From an uncultured Alphaproteobacteria bacterium (GTDB lineage: Bacteria; Pseudomonadota; Alphaproteobacteria; Rhodobacterales; Rhodobacteraceae): 64,000 bases of DNA. The translations under genes were made by a program, and so were the position numbers. Positions 19,836 through 31,160 of this stretch are shown here, piece after piece (the first letter of the stretch is position 1; each line of letters opens with the position of its first letter). The notes under the pieces were generated by a model. It worked only from the letters and a program-made list of their open reading frames with translations. It made no database searches and was not told where the DNA came from. Where the stretch lies: the NCBI GenBank assembly GCA_963832275.1, contig CAWHTQ010000019.1, positions 2,093,337 through 2,157,336 of the forward strand. Direction: 5' to 3'.

Positions 19836-20603
19836 ATGGACCTGCTCCTGCGCGGCGTCTCGCACCGCTATGGCGGGACGTCCGTGCTGGAGGGGATCGA
19901 TCTCGAGATCCCGGCGGGGCGGATCGTCTGCGTCGTCGGGCCCTCGGGCTGCGGCAAGTCCACGCTCCTGCGCCTCATAGGCGGGCTGGAGCGGCCCTCG
20001 GCGGGCGAGGTCGTCCAGGTCGGCGCCCCGCCCGAGGGCTCGCTCAACCCCCTGACCTACGTGTTCCAGGATTTCGCGCTCCTGCCCTGGCGGAGCGCGG
20101 CGGGGAACGTCTCGCTGGTGCTGGAGGATCACGCGTTGGGCCGCACGGAGCGCGAGGCCCGCGTCGCCGACGTGCTGGCGCGCACGAACCTGACCGATTT
20201 CGCGGACGCCTGGCCGCGCCAGCTCTCGGGCGGGATGAAGCAGCGCGTGGCGATCGCGCGGGCGCTGGCGGTGGACCCGGCGGTGATGCTGATGGACGAG
20301 CCGCTCTCGGCGCTGGACGCGCAGACGCGCGAGCTGCTGATGGACGACCTCGTGGGCCTGTGGGCGCGCACGCCGTTCACGGCCGTCTACGTGACCCACA
20401 ACCTCGCCGAGGCGGTGCGCCTGGGGCACCGGATCGTCGTCCTGTCGCGCCGCCCCGGACGCGTGCGCGAGGTGGTGGACATCGACATGCCCCTGGCGGC
20501 GCGCGGCGATGCCGACCCCGCCCTGGTCGCCGTGCGCAGGCGCCTCTGGGAGAGCATGCGCGAGGAGGCCCGCGCCGCCGACGCGGAGCTCGCCGGTGCC
20601 TGA
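19836..20603 (+). CDS. ABC transporter ATP-binding protein, NitT/TauT family
   Basis: Walker A GPSGCGKST, LSGGMKQRV and LMDEPLSALD. Confidence 0.85.
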   Translation: MDLLLRGVSHRYGGTSVLEGIDLEIPAGRIVCVVGPSGCGKSTLLRLIGGLERPSAGEVVQVGAPPEGSLNPLTYVFQDFALLPWRSAAGNVSLVLEDHALGRTEREARVADVLARTNLTDFADAWPRQLSGGMKQRVAIARALAVDPAVMLMDEPLSALDAQTRELLMDDLVGLWARTPFTAVYVTHNLAEAVRLGHRIVVLSRRPGRVREVVDIDMPLAARGDADPALVAVRRRLWESMREEARAADAELAGA

Positions 20604-21420
20604 CGGCGGCGCCCTCCGCGCCGACGCCCTCCGCGTCGAGGCGCCGGTGCGCTTCCGCGGCGGGGGGTTCGTCCCCCGCACGCCGCGCGGCGTCGGGCTC
20701 GTGGTCTTCGTCCTCCTGATCCTCGGGATCGAATGGGGCACCCGCGCCGGGGTGATCGGCAACCTCACCCTGCCGCGGCCGTCGGACGTCTGGGGGACGC
20801 TGGTGCAGCTCTGGGAGTCCGGCCTGCTGATGCGGCACCTGGCGCCGTCGCTCACGCGCCTGGCGGTGGGTGCGGCGATGGGCTGCGCCGCGGGCGTGGC
20901 GGTGGGGGTCGCGATCGGGCTCTTCGCCTATGCGCGGGCCGGGCTGCTGCCGCTGGTGGCCGCGATCTTCCCGATCCCGAAGATCGCGCTGCTGCCGCTC
21001 TTCGTGATCTGGTTCGGCATCGACGAGCCGTCGAAATACGCCCTGATCGCGCTGGGCACGTTCACGCCGACGGTGGTGGCGACCTACGGCGCGGTGGACG
21101 GCGTGGACCGGACCCTGATCCGCATGGGGCAGAGCTTCGGCCTGTCCTGGTGGTCCACCGTGCGCAAGATCGTGCTGCCCGGCGCGATGCCCGGCATCCT
21201 GTCGGGCCTTCGGATCAGCCTCGCGATCGGAATCATCCTGCTGGTCGCCGCCGAGATGCTGGGCGCGACCTACGGCATCGGCGCCTATATCCTCGAGGCG
21301 GGATCGCTCTACGACCTGGAGCGGCTCTTCGCCGGCGTGGTGATCCTCTCGACCCTCGGCGTCGCGGTGAGCTGGGCGATCGGGCGGATCGAGCGCCGCG
21401 TCCTGCGCTGGCGGGGGTAG
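20596..21420 (+). CDS. ABC transporter permease, NitT/TauT family
   Basis: TM-rich protein ending ...ILSTLGVAVSWAIGRIERRVLRWRG. Start uncertain: GTG at 20596 or later. Confidence 0.75.
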   Translation: MPDGGALRADALRVEAPVRFRGGGFVPRTPRGVGLVVFVLLILGIEWGTRAGVIGNLTLPRPSDVWGTLVQLWESGLLMRHLAPSLTRLAVGAAMGCAAGVAVGVAIGLFAYARAGLLPLVAAIFPIPKIALLPLFVIWFGIDEPSKYALIALGTFTPTVVATYGAVDGVDRTLIRMGQSFGLSWWSTVRKIVLPGAMPGILSGLRISLAIGIILLVAAEMLGATYGIGAYILEAGSLYDLERLFAGVVILSTLGVAVSWAIGRIERRVLRWRG

Positions 21421-21910
21421 GCCTGGAGCGGACGGCGGGCCCGGCGCGGGGAGGACGCGCACGGGCCGCCGGCCCCGCTCCGGCCGGCAGGGAGGGTGCC
21501 GACCCCGAGGCATGCTGGCGGCGCCTCGTGGGATCGTGGTGGCCCGCGCCGCGCCGCGGCGAAAGCCGCGCGTCGCGTCTGCCGGGGGATTGGCTGGACT
21601 TTCTGGCCTGATGCCCGCGGATGCGGCATCCGCCTGCCGCGATGCCGCATCGTGCGCCGGCCGGCGAACCGCCGCGCCGTGGACGCTCGCGATCCGGCCT
21701 GCGCCGCGTCCTTCCCGTCGACATCCACGTTGGCGAAAGCAGCGCGGCCCGCGCCCATCCCATGTCTTCGCGTCCCTCTCCGTGATGGCCGCTCGGGCCG
21801 TCCAGGCCCGTCGCCGTGGAAGCCGTCGACCCACCCACGAAGGCGTGGATCGCCGCAGGGGCCGCGCTTCGGCGGATGGCCCTCGACGTGGACCGGACAA
21901 TTCCGTAGTT

Positions 21911-21930
21911 CCAGATTCATGGAATCGTCC
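21911..21930 (+). promoter_or_regulatory. Candidate ArsR operator (inverted repeat TTCCA-N6-TGGAA overlapping the arsR start)
   Basis: ttccagattcatggaa is a perfect 5-bp inverted repeat spanning the arsR ATG. Metalloregulators of the ArsR/SmtB type autoregulate from such dyads. Confidence 0.3.
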
Positions 21931-22257
21931 GAAGCCCTCTCCGCCCTCTCCGCCCTCGCGCATCCGCTGCGGATGGACGCGTTCCGCCTCCTGGTCCGCG
22001 CCGGCGACGCCGGTCTGCCGGCCGGGGAGATCGCGCGGCGCCTCGGCGCCCCGGCGAACACCGCGTCATCGGCCCTGAGCCTCCTGCGCGCCGCGGGCCT
22101 GATCCGCCGCGCGCGGGAGGGGCGCGTCATCCGCTACTTCGCCGACATGGGCGGCATGCGCGACCTCATCGGCCATCTGATGGAGGATTGCTGCGGCGGC
22201 GATCCCGCCGCCTGCCGGCCGATGCTGGACGCCCTCGTCTGCGAGGGCTGCCCGTGA
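21919..22257 (+). CDS. arsR: ArsR-family metalloregulatory repressor
   Basis: 112 aa with HTH ...LSALAHPLRMDAFRLL...GEIARRLGAPANTASSALSLL and C-terminal Cys cluster CCGGDPAAC...CEGC. Confidence 0.8.
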   Translation: MESSEALSALSALAHPLRMDAFRLLVRAGDAGLPAGEIARRLGAPANTASSALSLLRAAGLIRRAREGRVIRYFADMGGMRDLIGHLMEDCCGGDPAACRPMLDALVCEGCP

Positions 22258-22925
22258 GCGTGGACATGCCGCGCCGCCTCGCGGCCGAGGCATTGGGCAC
22301 TGGCCTCCTGGTCTGCACGGTCGTGGGCAGCGGCATCATGGCCGACCGCCTGTCGGACGACGTCGGCGTCTCGCTCCTGGGGAACACGATCCCGACGGGG
22401 GCGATCCTCGTCGTGCTGATCACGGTCCTCGGCCCTATCTCCGGGGCGCATTTCAACCCGGCGGTCACCCTGGCCTTCCGGATGCTCGGCGCCATCGGCA
22501 CGGGCGCCGCGCTCGCCTATGTCGCCGCCCAGGTCGCCGGCGGCCTCCTCGGCAGCGTCCTGGCCCACGCGATGTTCGAGGAGGCGCTGGTGCAGCTTTC
22601 GACCACGGCGCGCACGGGGCCGGGGCAGTGGATCGCAGAGGTCACGGCGACCTTCGGCCTCGTGCTGACGATCCTGGCCGCGCTTCGCCTGCGCCCGGAT
22701 GCCATCCCGATGCTGGTCGGCCTCTACATCACGGCGGCCTACTGGTTCACCGCCTCCACCAGCTTCGCCAACCCCGCCGTGGCCATCGCACGCGGGCTGT
22801 CGGACACGTTCGCCGGCATACGCCCCGCCGACGTGCCGGCCTTCATCCTCGCGCAATGCGCCGGCGCGGCGCTGGCGGTGGCGGTGACGGGCTGGCTCCT
22901 GAAACCCATGGAGGAGCGCGCATGA
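22254..22925 (+). CDS. aqpS: Aquaglyceroporin (MIP family) arsenite channel
   Basis: Two NPA boxes (HFNPAV and FANPAV) and 6 TM segments. Sits between arsR and arsC as in the arsR-aqpS-arsC-arsH arrangement. Start is GTG 22254 (GTGA overlap) or ATG 22266. Confidence 0.8.
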   Translation: MSVDMPRRLAAEALGTGLLVCTVVGSGIMADRLSDDVGVSLLGNTIPTGAILVVLITVLGPISGAHFNPAVTLAFRMLGAIGTGAALAYVAAQVAGGLLGSVLAHAMFEEALVQLSTTARTGPGQWIAEVTATFGLVLTILAALRLRPDAIPMLVGLYITAAYWFTASTSFANPAVAIARGLSDTFAGIRPADVPAFILAQCAGAALAVAVTGWLLKPMEERA

Positions 22926-23341
22926 TCGCCCCTGTCATCCATCACAACCCGGGCTGCGGCACCTCGCGCAACGTCCTCGCGATCCTGCGCGCGGTCTCCG
23001 AGCCGGTCGTGATCCCCTATCTCGACACCGGCTGGACGCGCCCGCAGCTCATTGCGCTCTTCGCCGCCGCCGGGCTGACGCCGCGGGATGCGCTGCGGGT
23101 CGCGAAGACCCCGGCGCAGGAGATGGGCCTGACCGATCCGGGCGTCGCCGACGCGGCGCTGCTGGACGCAATGGTCGCGAACCCGGTGCTCGTGAACCGG
23201 CCGATCGTCTGCACGCCGCTGGGCGTGCGCCTGTGCCGCCCGTCCCGGATGGTGCTGGAGATCATGGAGCGGCGCCCGGACGGGCCGGTCTCGGCGGAGG
23301 ACGGCACGCCGATCCTCGGCCCCGGCGGGGTCCCGGCTTGA
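22922..23341 (+). CDS. arsC: Arsenate reductase, glutaredoxin-coupled ArsC/Spx family
   Basis: [22 protein letters not shown] with catalytic Cys in CGTSRN. ATGA overlap with aqpS. Confidence 0.85.
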   Translation: MIAPVIHHNPGCGTSRNVLAILRAVSEPVVIPYLDTGWTRPQLIALFAAAGLTPRDALRVAKTPAQEMGLTDPGVADAALLDAMVANPVLVNRPIVCTPLGVRLCRPSRMVLEIMERRPDGPVSAEDGTPILGPGGVPA

Positions 23342-23376
23342 CACGCGGCGGGCCGCCGCGCGCGGATGCGGGGCAC

Positions 23377-24078
23377 ATGCCGGCGCTCGACGAGGACGCG
23401 TTCCGCCCGCCGGACCCGGCCGCGCTCTTTCCCGCGAAGCGCCCCGGGCACGCCGCCCGGATCCTGATCCTCACGGGCTCGCTGCGCGCGCGCAGCTACT
23501 CGCGCCTGCTGGGCGACGAGGCGGAGCGCATCCTGGCCCGCCTCGGCGCGGAGGTGCGGCGCTACGACCCCGCCGGCCTGCCGCTGCCGGACGGGGCGGA
23601 GGCGGAGCACCCCAAGGTCGCCGAGCTGCGGGAGGCGGCGACCTGGGCGGAGGGCTTCGTCTGGTGCTCGCCCGAGCGCCACGGCGCGATGACGGCGGTC
23701 ATGAAGGCGCAGATCGACTGGATCCCGCTCGCCATGGGCGGGGTGCGCCCGACCCAGGGCAAGACGCTGGCGGTGATGCAGGTCTCGGGCGGCTCGCAAT
23801 CCTTCAACACGGTGAACCAGCTTCGCATCCTCGGGCGCTGGATGCGCCTCATCACGATCCCGAACCAGTCGAGCGTCCCGCGCGCCTATCAGGTGTTCGA
23901 CGACGCGGGGCGCCTGCCGGCCGGGCCGCTCTATTCCAGGGTGGTGGACGTGATGGAGGAGCTGATGCGCTTCACCCTCCTGACCCGCGGCGTCGCGGAC
24001 CACCTCGTCGACCGCTATTCCGAACGGGTCGAGAGCCCGGCCGCGTCGTCCGCCAGGGTGAACCAGTCTGCCCTGTGA
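23377..24078 (+). CDS. arsH: NADPH-dependent FMN reductase
   Basis: [17 protein letters not shown] flavodoxin-like P-loop for FMN. Conserved ArsH length and arsenic-operon context. Confidence 0.85.
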   Translation: MPALDEDAFRPPDPAALFPAKRPGHAARILILTGSLRARSYSRLLGDEAERILARLGAEVRRYDPAGLPLPDGAEAEHPKVAELREAATWAEGFVWCSPERHGAMTAVMKAQIDWIPLAMGGVRPTQGKTLAVMQVSGGSQSFNTVNQLRILGRWMRLITIPNQSSVPRAYQVFDDAGRLPAGPLYSRVVDVMEELMRFTLLTRGVADHLVDRYSERVESPAASSARVNQSAL

Positions 24079-24180
24079 GGGGCCGTTGTTCCGCCGTCAC
24101 GGAGGCGTTACCGTTCCGTCGTCGGGGTTTCGCGCCTGCGCGCCATCCCCTGGCCAACGACATCCCAGGGGGGACCCACC

Positions 24181-25407
24181 ATGCTTCGCACCACCGCCAT
24201 CATCGCGCTCTGCGCCGCTGCCGCCGGACAGGCCGCGGCCGACGCCCATTCGCCGGCCGTCATCGAGCTCGGGCCGCGCCCGTTCTACCTCGTGGACGCG
24301 ATGCGCGACGGCGAGCTGAAGGACACGCTGACCCAGTGCATGGGCACCGAGCCGGTGCGCACGAAGTTCTCGATCGGCCACCGCGGCGCGGCGATGCAGT
24401 TCCCCGAGCACACCGAGGAATCCTACGTCGCCGCCGGGCGCATGGGCGCGGGCATCATCGAGTGCGACGTGACCTTCACCGCCGACAAGGAGCTCGTCTG
24501 CCGCCACGCGCAGAACGACCTGCACACCACGACCGACATCCTGACCACCGACCTCGCGCCCAAGTGCACCGCCGGCTTCACCCCCGCCGAGGGCGAGACC
24601 GACGCCACCGCCGAATGCCGCACCTCGGACATCACGCTGGCGGAGTTCCGTACCCTCAACGGCAAGATGGATGCCGCCGACGCGACCGCGACCACGCCGG
24701 AGGGCTATCAGGGCGGCACCGCCGACTGGCGCACGACGCTCTACGCGACGAACGGCACCCTCCTGACCCATGCCGAGTCGATCGAGCTGATCGACGCGCT
24801 CGGGGCCGACTTCACGCCCGAGCTCAAGACCCCCAGCGTGGACATGCCCTTCGACGGCTACAGCCAGGAGGACTACGCCCAGGCGATGATCGACGAGTAC
24901 AAGGACGCCGGGATCGACCCGTCGCGCGTCTGGCCGCAATCGTTCCTCCTCGAGGACGTGCTCTACTGGATCGAGGCCGAGCCCGAGTTCGGCGCGCAGG
25001 CCGTCTACCTGATGGACGAGTACGACATCGAGGGCTACTCGCCGATGGACGAGGCCACATGGCCGAACTCGATGCAGGAGCTGGCGGAGATGGGCGTCCG
25101 CTGGATCGCGCCGCCGACCTGGATGCTGGTGACCGTCGAGGACGGCGAGATCGTCCCCTCCACCCTGGCGGTCCGCGCCAAGGAAGCCGGGCTCGGCATG
25201 ATCACCTGGACGCTGGAGCGCTCGGGGCCCCTCGACACCGGCGGCGGCTGGTACTTCCAGAGCCTCGAGGACTACACCGCCGAACGCGGCGACGGCGCGG
25301 CCTACGAGCTCGTGGACGCGCTGGCGCAGGACGTGGGCGTGGCGGGCATCTTCTCGGACTGGCCCGCGACGGTGACCTACTACGCCTCCTGCCTCGGCCT
25401 CGACTGA
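24181..25407 (+). CDS. Secreted glycerophosphodiester phosphodiesterase-family protein
   Basis: Signal peptide [23 protein letters not shown] motif ([19 protein letters not shown]) plus ECDV, typical of GDPD. Confidence 0.75.
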   Translation: MLRTTAIIALCAAAAGQAAADAHSPAVIELGPRPFYLVDAMRDGELKDTLTQCMGTEPVRTKFSIGHRGAAMQFPEHTEESYVAAGRMGAGIIECDVTFTADKELVCRHAQNDLHTTTDILTTDLAPKCTAGFTPAEGETDATAECRTSDITLAEFRTLNGKMDAADATATTPEGYQGGTADWRTTLYATNGTLLTHAESIELIDALGADFTPELKTPSVDMPFDGYSQEDYAQAMIDEYKDAGIDPSRVWPQSFLLEDVLYWIEAEPEFGAQAVYLMDEYDIEGYSPMDEATWPNSMQELAEMGVRWIAPPTWMLVTVEDGEIVPSTLAVRAKEAGLGMITWTLERSGPLDTGGGWYFQSLEDYTAERGDGAAYELVDALAQDVGVAGIFSDWPATVTYYASCLGLD

Positions 25408-25527
25408 GGCCCGCGGGGCCGGCCGCGCGCCGGCCCCGTCCGTCCGTGCGGGATGGACAGGCCGCGCGGTCCGCGCAAAAGTCGCCTCCGGACGCCCGGC
25501 TCGAACCGGGCGCAAGGGAGGAACGAC

Positions 25528-26490
25528 ATGACCTACACGATGAAGGCGCCCATGCTGGGCGCCGCGCTGGCCCTCGTCGCCGGCTCCGCGATGGCCGCCG
25601 AGTGCATCGCGCCCGCCAACCCCGGCGGCGGCTGGGACTTCACCTGCCGGCAGATCGGCAAGACGATGTACGACATCGGCGTGGTGGACGATCCGGTCCA
25701 GGTGACCAACATGGCCGGCGGCGGTGGCGGGCTCGCCTACCAGACGGTCGTCAACGAGCGGAACGACGATCCCGAGCTCTTCGTCGCCGCGAGCCAGGCC
25801 ACCGCCACACGGCTGGCGCAGAACGCCTTCGGCGGCGCCACCGCCGATCAGGTCCGCTTCGTCGGCGCGATCGGCGCCGATCCGGGCGTGATCGTCGTCG
25901 CGGCCGATAGCCCGCTCCAGTCGATCACCGACCTGACCGACGCGGTCGCGGCCGATCCCGGCTCCGTCGCCTTCGCCGGCGGCTCCGCGGCGGGCGGCTT
26001 CGACCACCTCAAGGTGCTGCAACTCCTCAAGGAGACCGGCTTCGACGACGTGCGCGCGGTCAAGTATATCGGCGTCGACGGCGGCGCCGACGCGATCACC
26101 CAGACGATCGGCGGCTTCACCACCGCGATGACCGGCGACATGTCCGAGGTCGTTGGCTTCCTGCGCAACGGCGACATCCGCGTGCTCGCGGTCCTGACCG
26201 AGGAGCGCGTGCCCGGCTTCGAGGACATCCCCACCGCCCGCGAGCAGGGCGTGGACGTGGTCGCGGTCAACTGGCGCGGGGTCTACGTTCCCAAGGACAT
26301 CTCGGACGAGACCTTCCAGGGCTGGGCCGACCGCCTGCAGCAGGTCGCCGACAGCGCGGAATGGCAGGCCGCGATGGAGGCCAACGGGCTCGCGCCCTTC
26401 ACCAAGGTGGGCGACGAGTTCCAGGCCTGGGTCGATCAGAACATCGCCGAGACCGAGGAGCTGAGCCGCGAGATCGGCGTGATCCAGTAG
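25528..26490 (+). CDS. tctC: Tripartite tricarboxylate transporter substrate-binding protein
   Basis: Signal peptide, then a Bug/TctC-family domain. AAGGGAGG RBS. Confidence 0.85.
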   Translation: MTYTMKAPMLGAALALVAGSAMAAECIAPANPGGGWDFTCRQIGKTMYDIGVVDDPVQVTNMAGGGGGLAYQTVVNERNDDPELFVAASQATATRLAQNAFGGATADQVRFVGAIGADPGVIVVAADSPLQSITDLTDAVAADPGSVAFAGGSAAGGFDHLKVLQLLKETGFDDVRAVKYIGVDGGADAITQTIGGFTTAMTGDMSEVVGFLRNGDIRVLAVLTEERVPGFEDIPTAREQGVDVVAVNWRGVYVPKDISDETFQGWADRLQQVADSAEWQAAMEANGLAPFTKVGDEFQAWVDQNIAETEELSREIGVIQ

Positions 26491-26491
26491 G

Positions 26492-26932
26492 ATGGCCGTC
26501 ACCGACCGGGCCTTCGGCGCCCTCGTCATGATCGCGTCCGGGGCCTACGGCCTCGGCGCGCTCTCGATCCGCGAGAGCTTCCTCCAGGACCCGGTCGGTC
26601 CGCGGACCTTCCCCGTCATCATCGCGGGCATCGCGTTCCTGTGCGGCGCCCTGATGGCCCTGCGGCCGGACGCCGAGCCCGAATGGCCCGGCGGGGCGAC
26701 GCTCGTTCGGCTCGCCGTCGCGGTGGCGGTCACCATCGCCTTCGCCTACGCGCTCAAGCCGCTTGGCTTCGTCATTCCCGGCGCGCTGGCGGCCGGGGCG
26801 CTGGCCTACATGATCACGCCGCGCGCGGGGGCGGCGGCGCTCACGGGCGCGGGGCTCTCGCTCGGGCTCTTCGCCCTCTTCCGCTACGGGCTCGGCCTGT
26901 CGCTGCCGGCGCTGCCGGCGGGGTGGCTGTGA
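26492..26932 (+). CDS. tctB: Tripartite tricarboxylate transporter small permease
   Basis: 146-aa protein with 4 TM segments immediately 5' of tctA. Confidence 0.7.
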   Translation: MAVTDRAFGALVMIASGAYGLGALSIRESFLQDPVGPRTFPVIIAGIAFLCGALMALRPDAEPEWPGGATLVRLAVAVAVTIAFAYALKPLGFVIPGALAAGALAYMITPRAGAAALTGAGLSLGLFALFRYGLGLSLPALPAGWL

Positions 26933-28455
26933 TGGACGGGATGCTCGCGAACCTCGCGCTCGGCTTCTCCATCGCGCTCAGCCCGTGGACCCTGTTCCTG
27001 GCCGTGATCGGCTGCTTCCTGGGCACGATCATCGGCGCGCTGCCGGGGCTCGGCCCGTCCAACGGGGTCGCCCTCCTGATCCCGGTCACGTTCACCCTGG
27101 GGCTGGACGCGACGGCCGCCCTCGTCCTGATGACCTCGGTCTACTACGGCGCGATGTACGGCGGGCGCATCTCCTCCATCCTGCTGAACATCCCGGGCGA
27201 CGAGCCCGCGATGATGACCACGCTCGACGGCTACCCGATGGCCAAGCAGGGCCGGGCGGGGGACGCTCTCGTCATCTCCGGCGTGGCAAGCTTCGTGGGC
27301 GCGTTCCTGGCCACGGTGGGCCTGATGCTGCTGGCGCCGCTCCTGGCGAACGTCGCCTATCTCTTCGGCCCGGCGGAATACTTCGCGCTCTACCTCCTGG
27401 CCTTCTGCACCCTCTCGGGGATGAAGTCCGCGAACCAGGCCAAGGCCGCGCTGGCGTCCTGCATCGGGCTCGGCATCGCGATGATCGGGCTCGACAACAA
27501 CACCGGCATGCCGCGCTACACGGGCGGCAACCTGCACCTGATGGACGGGGTGGACTTCCTCGTCGCCATCGTCGGGCTCTTCGCGGTCTCGGAGATCTTC
27601 GTCTTCATCGAGACGCACGGCAAGGACAGCTCCATCGGCGTGAAGCTGGGCAAGGTGGTCGTGCCCTGGCGCGACCTGGGGCGCAGCTTCTGGACCATGA
27701 TCCGCGCCTCGGCCGTCGGCTTCGTCTGCGGCATCCTGCCGGGCGCGGGGGCGTCCCTGGGCAGCTTCATGGCCTACATGTCCGAGAAGTCGATCGCGGG
27801 GAAGGATGGCGGCTTCGGCTCCGGGGCGGTGCGCGGCGTGGCGGCGCCCGAGGCGGGCAACAACGCGGCCGCCGGCGGCGCGCTCGTCCCGATGCTGACG
27901 CTGGGCGTGCCCGGCTCGGGCACGACCGCGGTGCTGCTGGCGCTCCTGATGACCCTGAACATCACGCCGGGGCCGACGCTCTTCGTGGAGCGGCCGGAAG
28001 TCGTCTGGGGCCTCATCGCCTCGCTCCTGATCGCCAATTTCGTGCTGCTGGCGATGAACGTGCCGATGGTGAAGGTCTTCGTGAAGGTCCTCTCCGTGCC
28101 GCCGATGGTCCTGCTGCCCGGCGTCGCGATGGTCAGCTTCGTGGGCATCTACTCCCTGACGGGCAGCTATTTCGACCTCCTGCTGATGGTGGCGTTCGGG
28201 ATCATGGGATGGGCGTTCCGCAAGATCGGGGTCCCGACCGTGCCGATCATCCTCGGCATCCTGCTCGGCGGACAGATGGAGGACGCGCTGCGCCGGTCGA
28301 TGACGCTCTCGGACGGGGACTGGACCTACCTGTTCTCGTCGCCCATCGCCATCGGGTTCTGGATCGCGTCGGTCCTCGGCTTCGTCGCGCCGATCTTCCT
28401 GCGCGGGGTCCTGCGTGCGCCCAAGGGCCCCGAGGACCTCGACGCCGCGCGCTAG
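26932..28455 (+). CDS. tctA: Tripartite tricarboxylate transporter large permease
   Basis: [45 protein letters not shown]... TctA family. TGATG overlap with tctB. Confidence 0.85.
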   Translation: MDGMLANLALGFSIALSPWTLFLAVIGCFLGTIIGALPGLGPSNGVALLIPVTFTLGLDATAALVLMTSVYYGAMYGGRISSILLNIPGDEPAMMTTLDGYPMAKQGRAGDALVISGVASFVGAFLATVGLMLLAPLLANVAYLFGPAEYFALYLLAFCTLSGMKSANQAKAALASCIGLGIAMIGLDNNTGMPRYTGGNLHLMDGVDFLVAIVGLFAVSEIFVFIETHGKDSSIGVKLGKVVVPWRDLGRSFWTMIRASAVGFVCGILPGAGASLGSFMAYMSEKSIAGKDGGFGSGAVRGVAAPEAGNNAAAGGALVPMLTLGVPGSGTTAVLLALLMTLNITPGPTLFVERPEVVWGLIASLLIANFVLLAMNVPMVKVFVKVLSVPPMVLLPGVAMVSFVGIYSLTGSYFDLLLMVAFGIMGWAFRKIGVPTVPIILGILLGGQMEDALRRSMTLSDGDWTYLFSSPIAIGFWIASVLGFVAPIFLRGVLRAPKGPEDLDAAR

Positions 28456-28886
28456 AGGTCGAGGGGGATCGTCACCGGGCCGTCGTTCACCAGGCCCACG
28501 GACATGTCCGCTCCGAACCGGCCGGTCGCGGTCTCGACCCCGAGGGCGCGGAACGCGGCGACGGTCGCGTCATACGCGGCCTTGCCCTCCTCCGCGGGCG
28601 CGGCGCTCGTGAAGCCGGGGCGGTTGCCCCTCGCCTCGGCCGCCAGGGTGAACTGGCTCACCACCAGCGCCGCCCCGCCGGCCTCGAGGAGGGACCGGTT
28701 CATGCGTCCGTCCGCGTCGCGGAAGATGCGCAGCCTGGCGATCTTGGCGGCCATCCGCGCCGGCGCGTCCGGCCCGTCGCCCCGCATCGCGCACAGCAGC
28801 ACGAGGAGGCCCGGCCCGATGGCGCCGACGACCTCGCCCCCGACCGTCACGCGCGCCTGGGAGACGCGCTGGACGACGGCCCTCAC
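28452..28886 (-). CDS. dtd: D-aminoacyl-tRNA deacylase
   Basis: [15 protein letters not shown]...SQFTL, with the Dtd SQFTL and NxGPxT motifs. GTG start overlapping the upstream stop. Confidence 0.85.
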   Translation of the reverse strand: MRAVVQRVSQARVTVGGEVVGAIGPGLLVLLCAMRGDGPDAPARMAAKIARLRIFRDADGRMNRSLLEAGGAALVVSQFTLAAEARGNRPGFTSAAPAEEGKAAYDATVAAFRALGVETATGRFGADMSVGLVNDGPVTIPLDL

Positions 28887-29800
28887 AGCTCGCCGCGCCG
28901 GGGTGGATTCGCGCCCGCGCGGGAGACGGTGATCGCGGCGGCGCGGGCGCCGAGCTCGAGGGCGGCGCGCAGCGCGCCCTCGTCCGGCAACTGAAGCGCC
29001 GCCTTGGTCAGGGCGCCCGCCTCGTGCAGCCCGGTCAGCAGCCCCGCGTTGAACGTGTCCCCGGCGCCGACGGTGTCCACGACCTTGGCGCGCACGGCGT
29101 CCTGACGGATCGCGCCGCCGGCATGGTAGGCGGTGACGCCGCGGGCGCCCTCGGTCACGCAGACGATGCGCGCCCCGCGGGCCAGGACGCCGGCCGCGAG
29201 ATCGGGCAGGGCGCCGTCCCCCTCGAGCCAGCGGAGGTCCTCGTCCGACGCCTTCACGATGTCGGCCGCGCCCGTCATGCGCATCAGGCGGGCGCGATAG
29301 GCGGCTTCGTCCTCGACGAAGCTCGGGCGGATGTTGGTGTCCACCATCGTCACGCGGTCGGGCGCCGCGGCGAGCATCAAGGCCTCGTAGGCCGCGCCGC
29401 AGGGTTCGGCGGCGAGGGAGATGCAGCCGAAGAACAGGACGTCCGCCGCGTCCGGCGCGGGCATGTCCTGCGGGTCCAGCATCCGCATCGCGCTGTTCTC
29501 GTCGTAGAATGTGTAGGTCGCCTGCCCCTCGGACAGCCGGACGAAGGCCAGCGTCGTCGGCCGGGCCGAGGCCTTGGCCAGCGAATGGTCCACCCCCGCC
29601 TCGTCCAGCACCGCGCGGAGCCGGTCGCCGAAGAGGTCGGAGGACAGCCCCGAGAAGAAGCGCACCGGCGCCCCGAGCCGCCCCAGCGCGACGGCCGTGT
29701 TGAAGACCGACCCGCCCGCATGCGGCGCGAAGGCGTCCTCGCCCGCCGCGGTCCGTCGGGGCAGCATGTCGATCAGGGCTTCGCCGGCACAGAGGATCAT
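28883..29800 (-). CDS. PfkB-family carbohydrate kinase (fructokinase-like)
   Basis: [12 protein letters not shown]... and C-terminal [12 protein letters not shown], the PfkB signature 2. Confidence 0.8.
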   Translation of the reverse strand: MILCAGEALIDMLPRRTAAGEDAFAPHAGGSVFNTAVALGRLGAPVRFFSGLSSDLFGDRLRAVLDEAGVDHSLAKASARPTTLAFVRLSEGQATYTFYDENSAMRMLDPQDMPAPDAADVLFFGCISLAAEPCGAAYEALMLAAAPDRVTMVDTNIRPSFVEDEAAYRARLMRMTGAADIVKASDEDLRWLEGDGALPDLAAGVLARGARIVCVTEGARGVTAYHAGGAIRQDAVRAKVVDTVGAGDTFNAGLLTGLHEAGALTKAALQLPDEGALRAALELGARAAAITVSRAGANPPRRGEL

Positions 29801-29855
29801 CGGGGGTCTTTCCTTGGGACGGACCCCTATCCCATCGCCGCGCCGCGGAGGGAAG

Positions 29856-31160
29856 TCAGTCCGGAAGGGGCCGGGGGACGAGGTCGTCGCCCCGCAGGAT
29901 GACCGGTCCGCCGGGCGCGGGACGTGGCGCGAGATCGGGGAGGGGCCGGGGCGCATCGGGCAACTCGAACCCCGGCGCGCCGATCTCGGGCGAGGCGAGC
30001 TCCCCGCCCTCGGCCACGTAGAACGCGATGCCGGCGGCGATGACCGCGGCGAGGACGGCGAAGGCGATCTTGATCCAGCTGTAGGGCCGCTCGCCCGCGA
30101 CCGCGCCGGTCGAACCGTTCACCACGAAGCGGTAGCTCTTGCCGCCGTAACGGTAGGCCGCGATCCAGAGCGGAAGGAGGATGTGCCGGAACGTCTCCTC
30201 CGCGGTCACGGTCCGCGTGCCCGATATCCGCTGCGCGTCCCCGCCGATGTCCCGGCGGATCGCCGACTGGATCGCCGGGACCATCCGCGCCTGCGCCGCG
30301 GCCCAGGCGGCCGGCAGGTCGACGGTATAGGCCTCCGCGCGGAAGCCCGCGATCACCTCGGGGCGGTAGGGCGCGAGGGCGGGCAGGTCCCAGGGCGCCA
30401 CCCCGTCGGTCAGGGCTTCCGGCAGCGAAGCGCTGCCCAGGACCGTCAGGTCGTCGAACGAGACGCGCACCCGCCCGCGCGCGGGGTACCAGTCCATCCG
30501 GGTTCGGGTCTGCATCTCGCCCTTGGCGTTGCGGTAGGTCTCGGTCCGGGCGATGCCGCGCTGGCCCGTGTAGTCGGTCGCGGTCTCGGCGTCGAAGGTC
30601 CAGTGGGGCGCGTAGATGCCCGCCATGCGCCGCCCCGCGCGGGCGTACTTGCGCAGGGCGTTGGGCGCGAACCAGCGGCTGGCGAGCCAGCCCTTCAGCT
30701 TGCCGCGCGCCTCCTCCTCGGGCAGCGCGAAGGGGAGGAGGGCGGCGGGCCGGATGTGCCGGTCGGTCCCCGTGCCGGCGACGACGGGCGTGGCGCAGAA
30801 CGGACATTCCGAGGCCCGGACCGAGGGGTCGAGCTCGAACCGGGCGCCGCAATTGGGGCACTGGCTGACATGGGTCTCCTCGACCATCTCGGGTGGGGCG
30901 CCCGACAGCGCCGCGCGAAGGTCCATCTCCGCCAGGGCGAGGCCGCGCGCGCGCGCGGTGACCGGCGGGAGGACCTGGGCGCTGCCGCAGTGGTCGCACC
31001 GCATCCCGCCGGTGGCCGGATCGAAGCGCATGTCGCTCCCGCAGGCCCGGCATGGGAAGCGGTGCTCCTCCACTCCCGGCATGCGGGGCGCGTCGGGCGG
31101 CATGGCGGCCGCCGGCGCGGCCGGAAGACCCCGCGCGCGGGAGACGCGGGGCAGCTTCAC
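29856..31160 (-). CDS. Zinc-ribbon membrane-anchored protein (YdjG-like partner of SPFH proteins)
   Basis: Two CxxC...CxxC ribbons (CRACGS...CDHCGS and CPNCG...CPFCAT), a large soluble domain, one C-terminal TM helix and a Pro-rich tail. Start is 31160 (ATGA overlap) or 31082. Confidence 0.6.
   Translation of the reverse strand: MKLPRVSRARGLPAAPAAAMPPDAPRMPGVEEHRFPCRACGSDMRFDPATGGMRCDHCGSAQVLPPVTARARGLALAEMDLRAALSGAPPEMVEETHVSQCPNCGARFELDPSVRASECPFCATPVVAGTGTDRHIRPAALLPFALPEEEARGKLKGWLASRWFAPNALRKYARAGRRMAGIYAPHWTFDAETATDYTGQRGIARTETYRNAKGEMQTRTRMDWYPARGRVRVSFDDLTVLGSASLPEALTDGVAPWDLPALAPYRPEVIAGFRAEAYTVDLPAAWAAAQARMVPAIQSAIRRDIGGDAQRISGTRTVTAEETFRHILLPLWIAAYRYGGKSYRFVVNGSTGAVAGERPYSWIKIAFAVLAAVIAAGIAFYVAEGGELASPEIGAPGFELPDAPRPLPDLAPRPAPGGPVILRGDDLVPRPLPD

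Noticed and set aside
21421-21918. 500-nt gap before arsR as a hidden gene or mobile element
   Set aside because: No protein-like translation appears in any frame and no terminal inverted repeats. It contains only a short palindrome (GCGGATGCgGCATCCGC). Left as non-coding and possibly regulatory.
20377-21963. Long antisense ORFs such as 20377..21963(-), 39819..41015(-), 40631..43579(-), 58301..60184(-), 61319..62794(-), 62749..63513(+) and 57982..62727(+)
   Set aside because: They have extreme Arg/Gly/Pro composition and no recognisable domains. Each overlaps a motif-bearing gene on the other strand, so they were treated as high-GC shadow ORFs.
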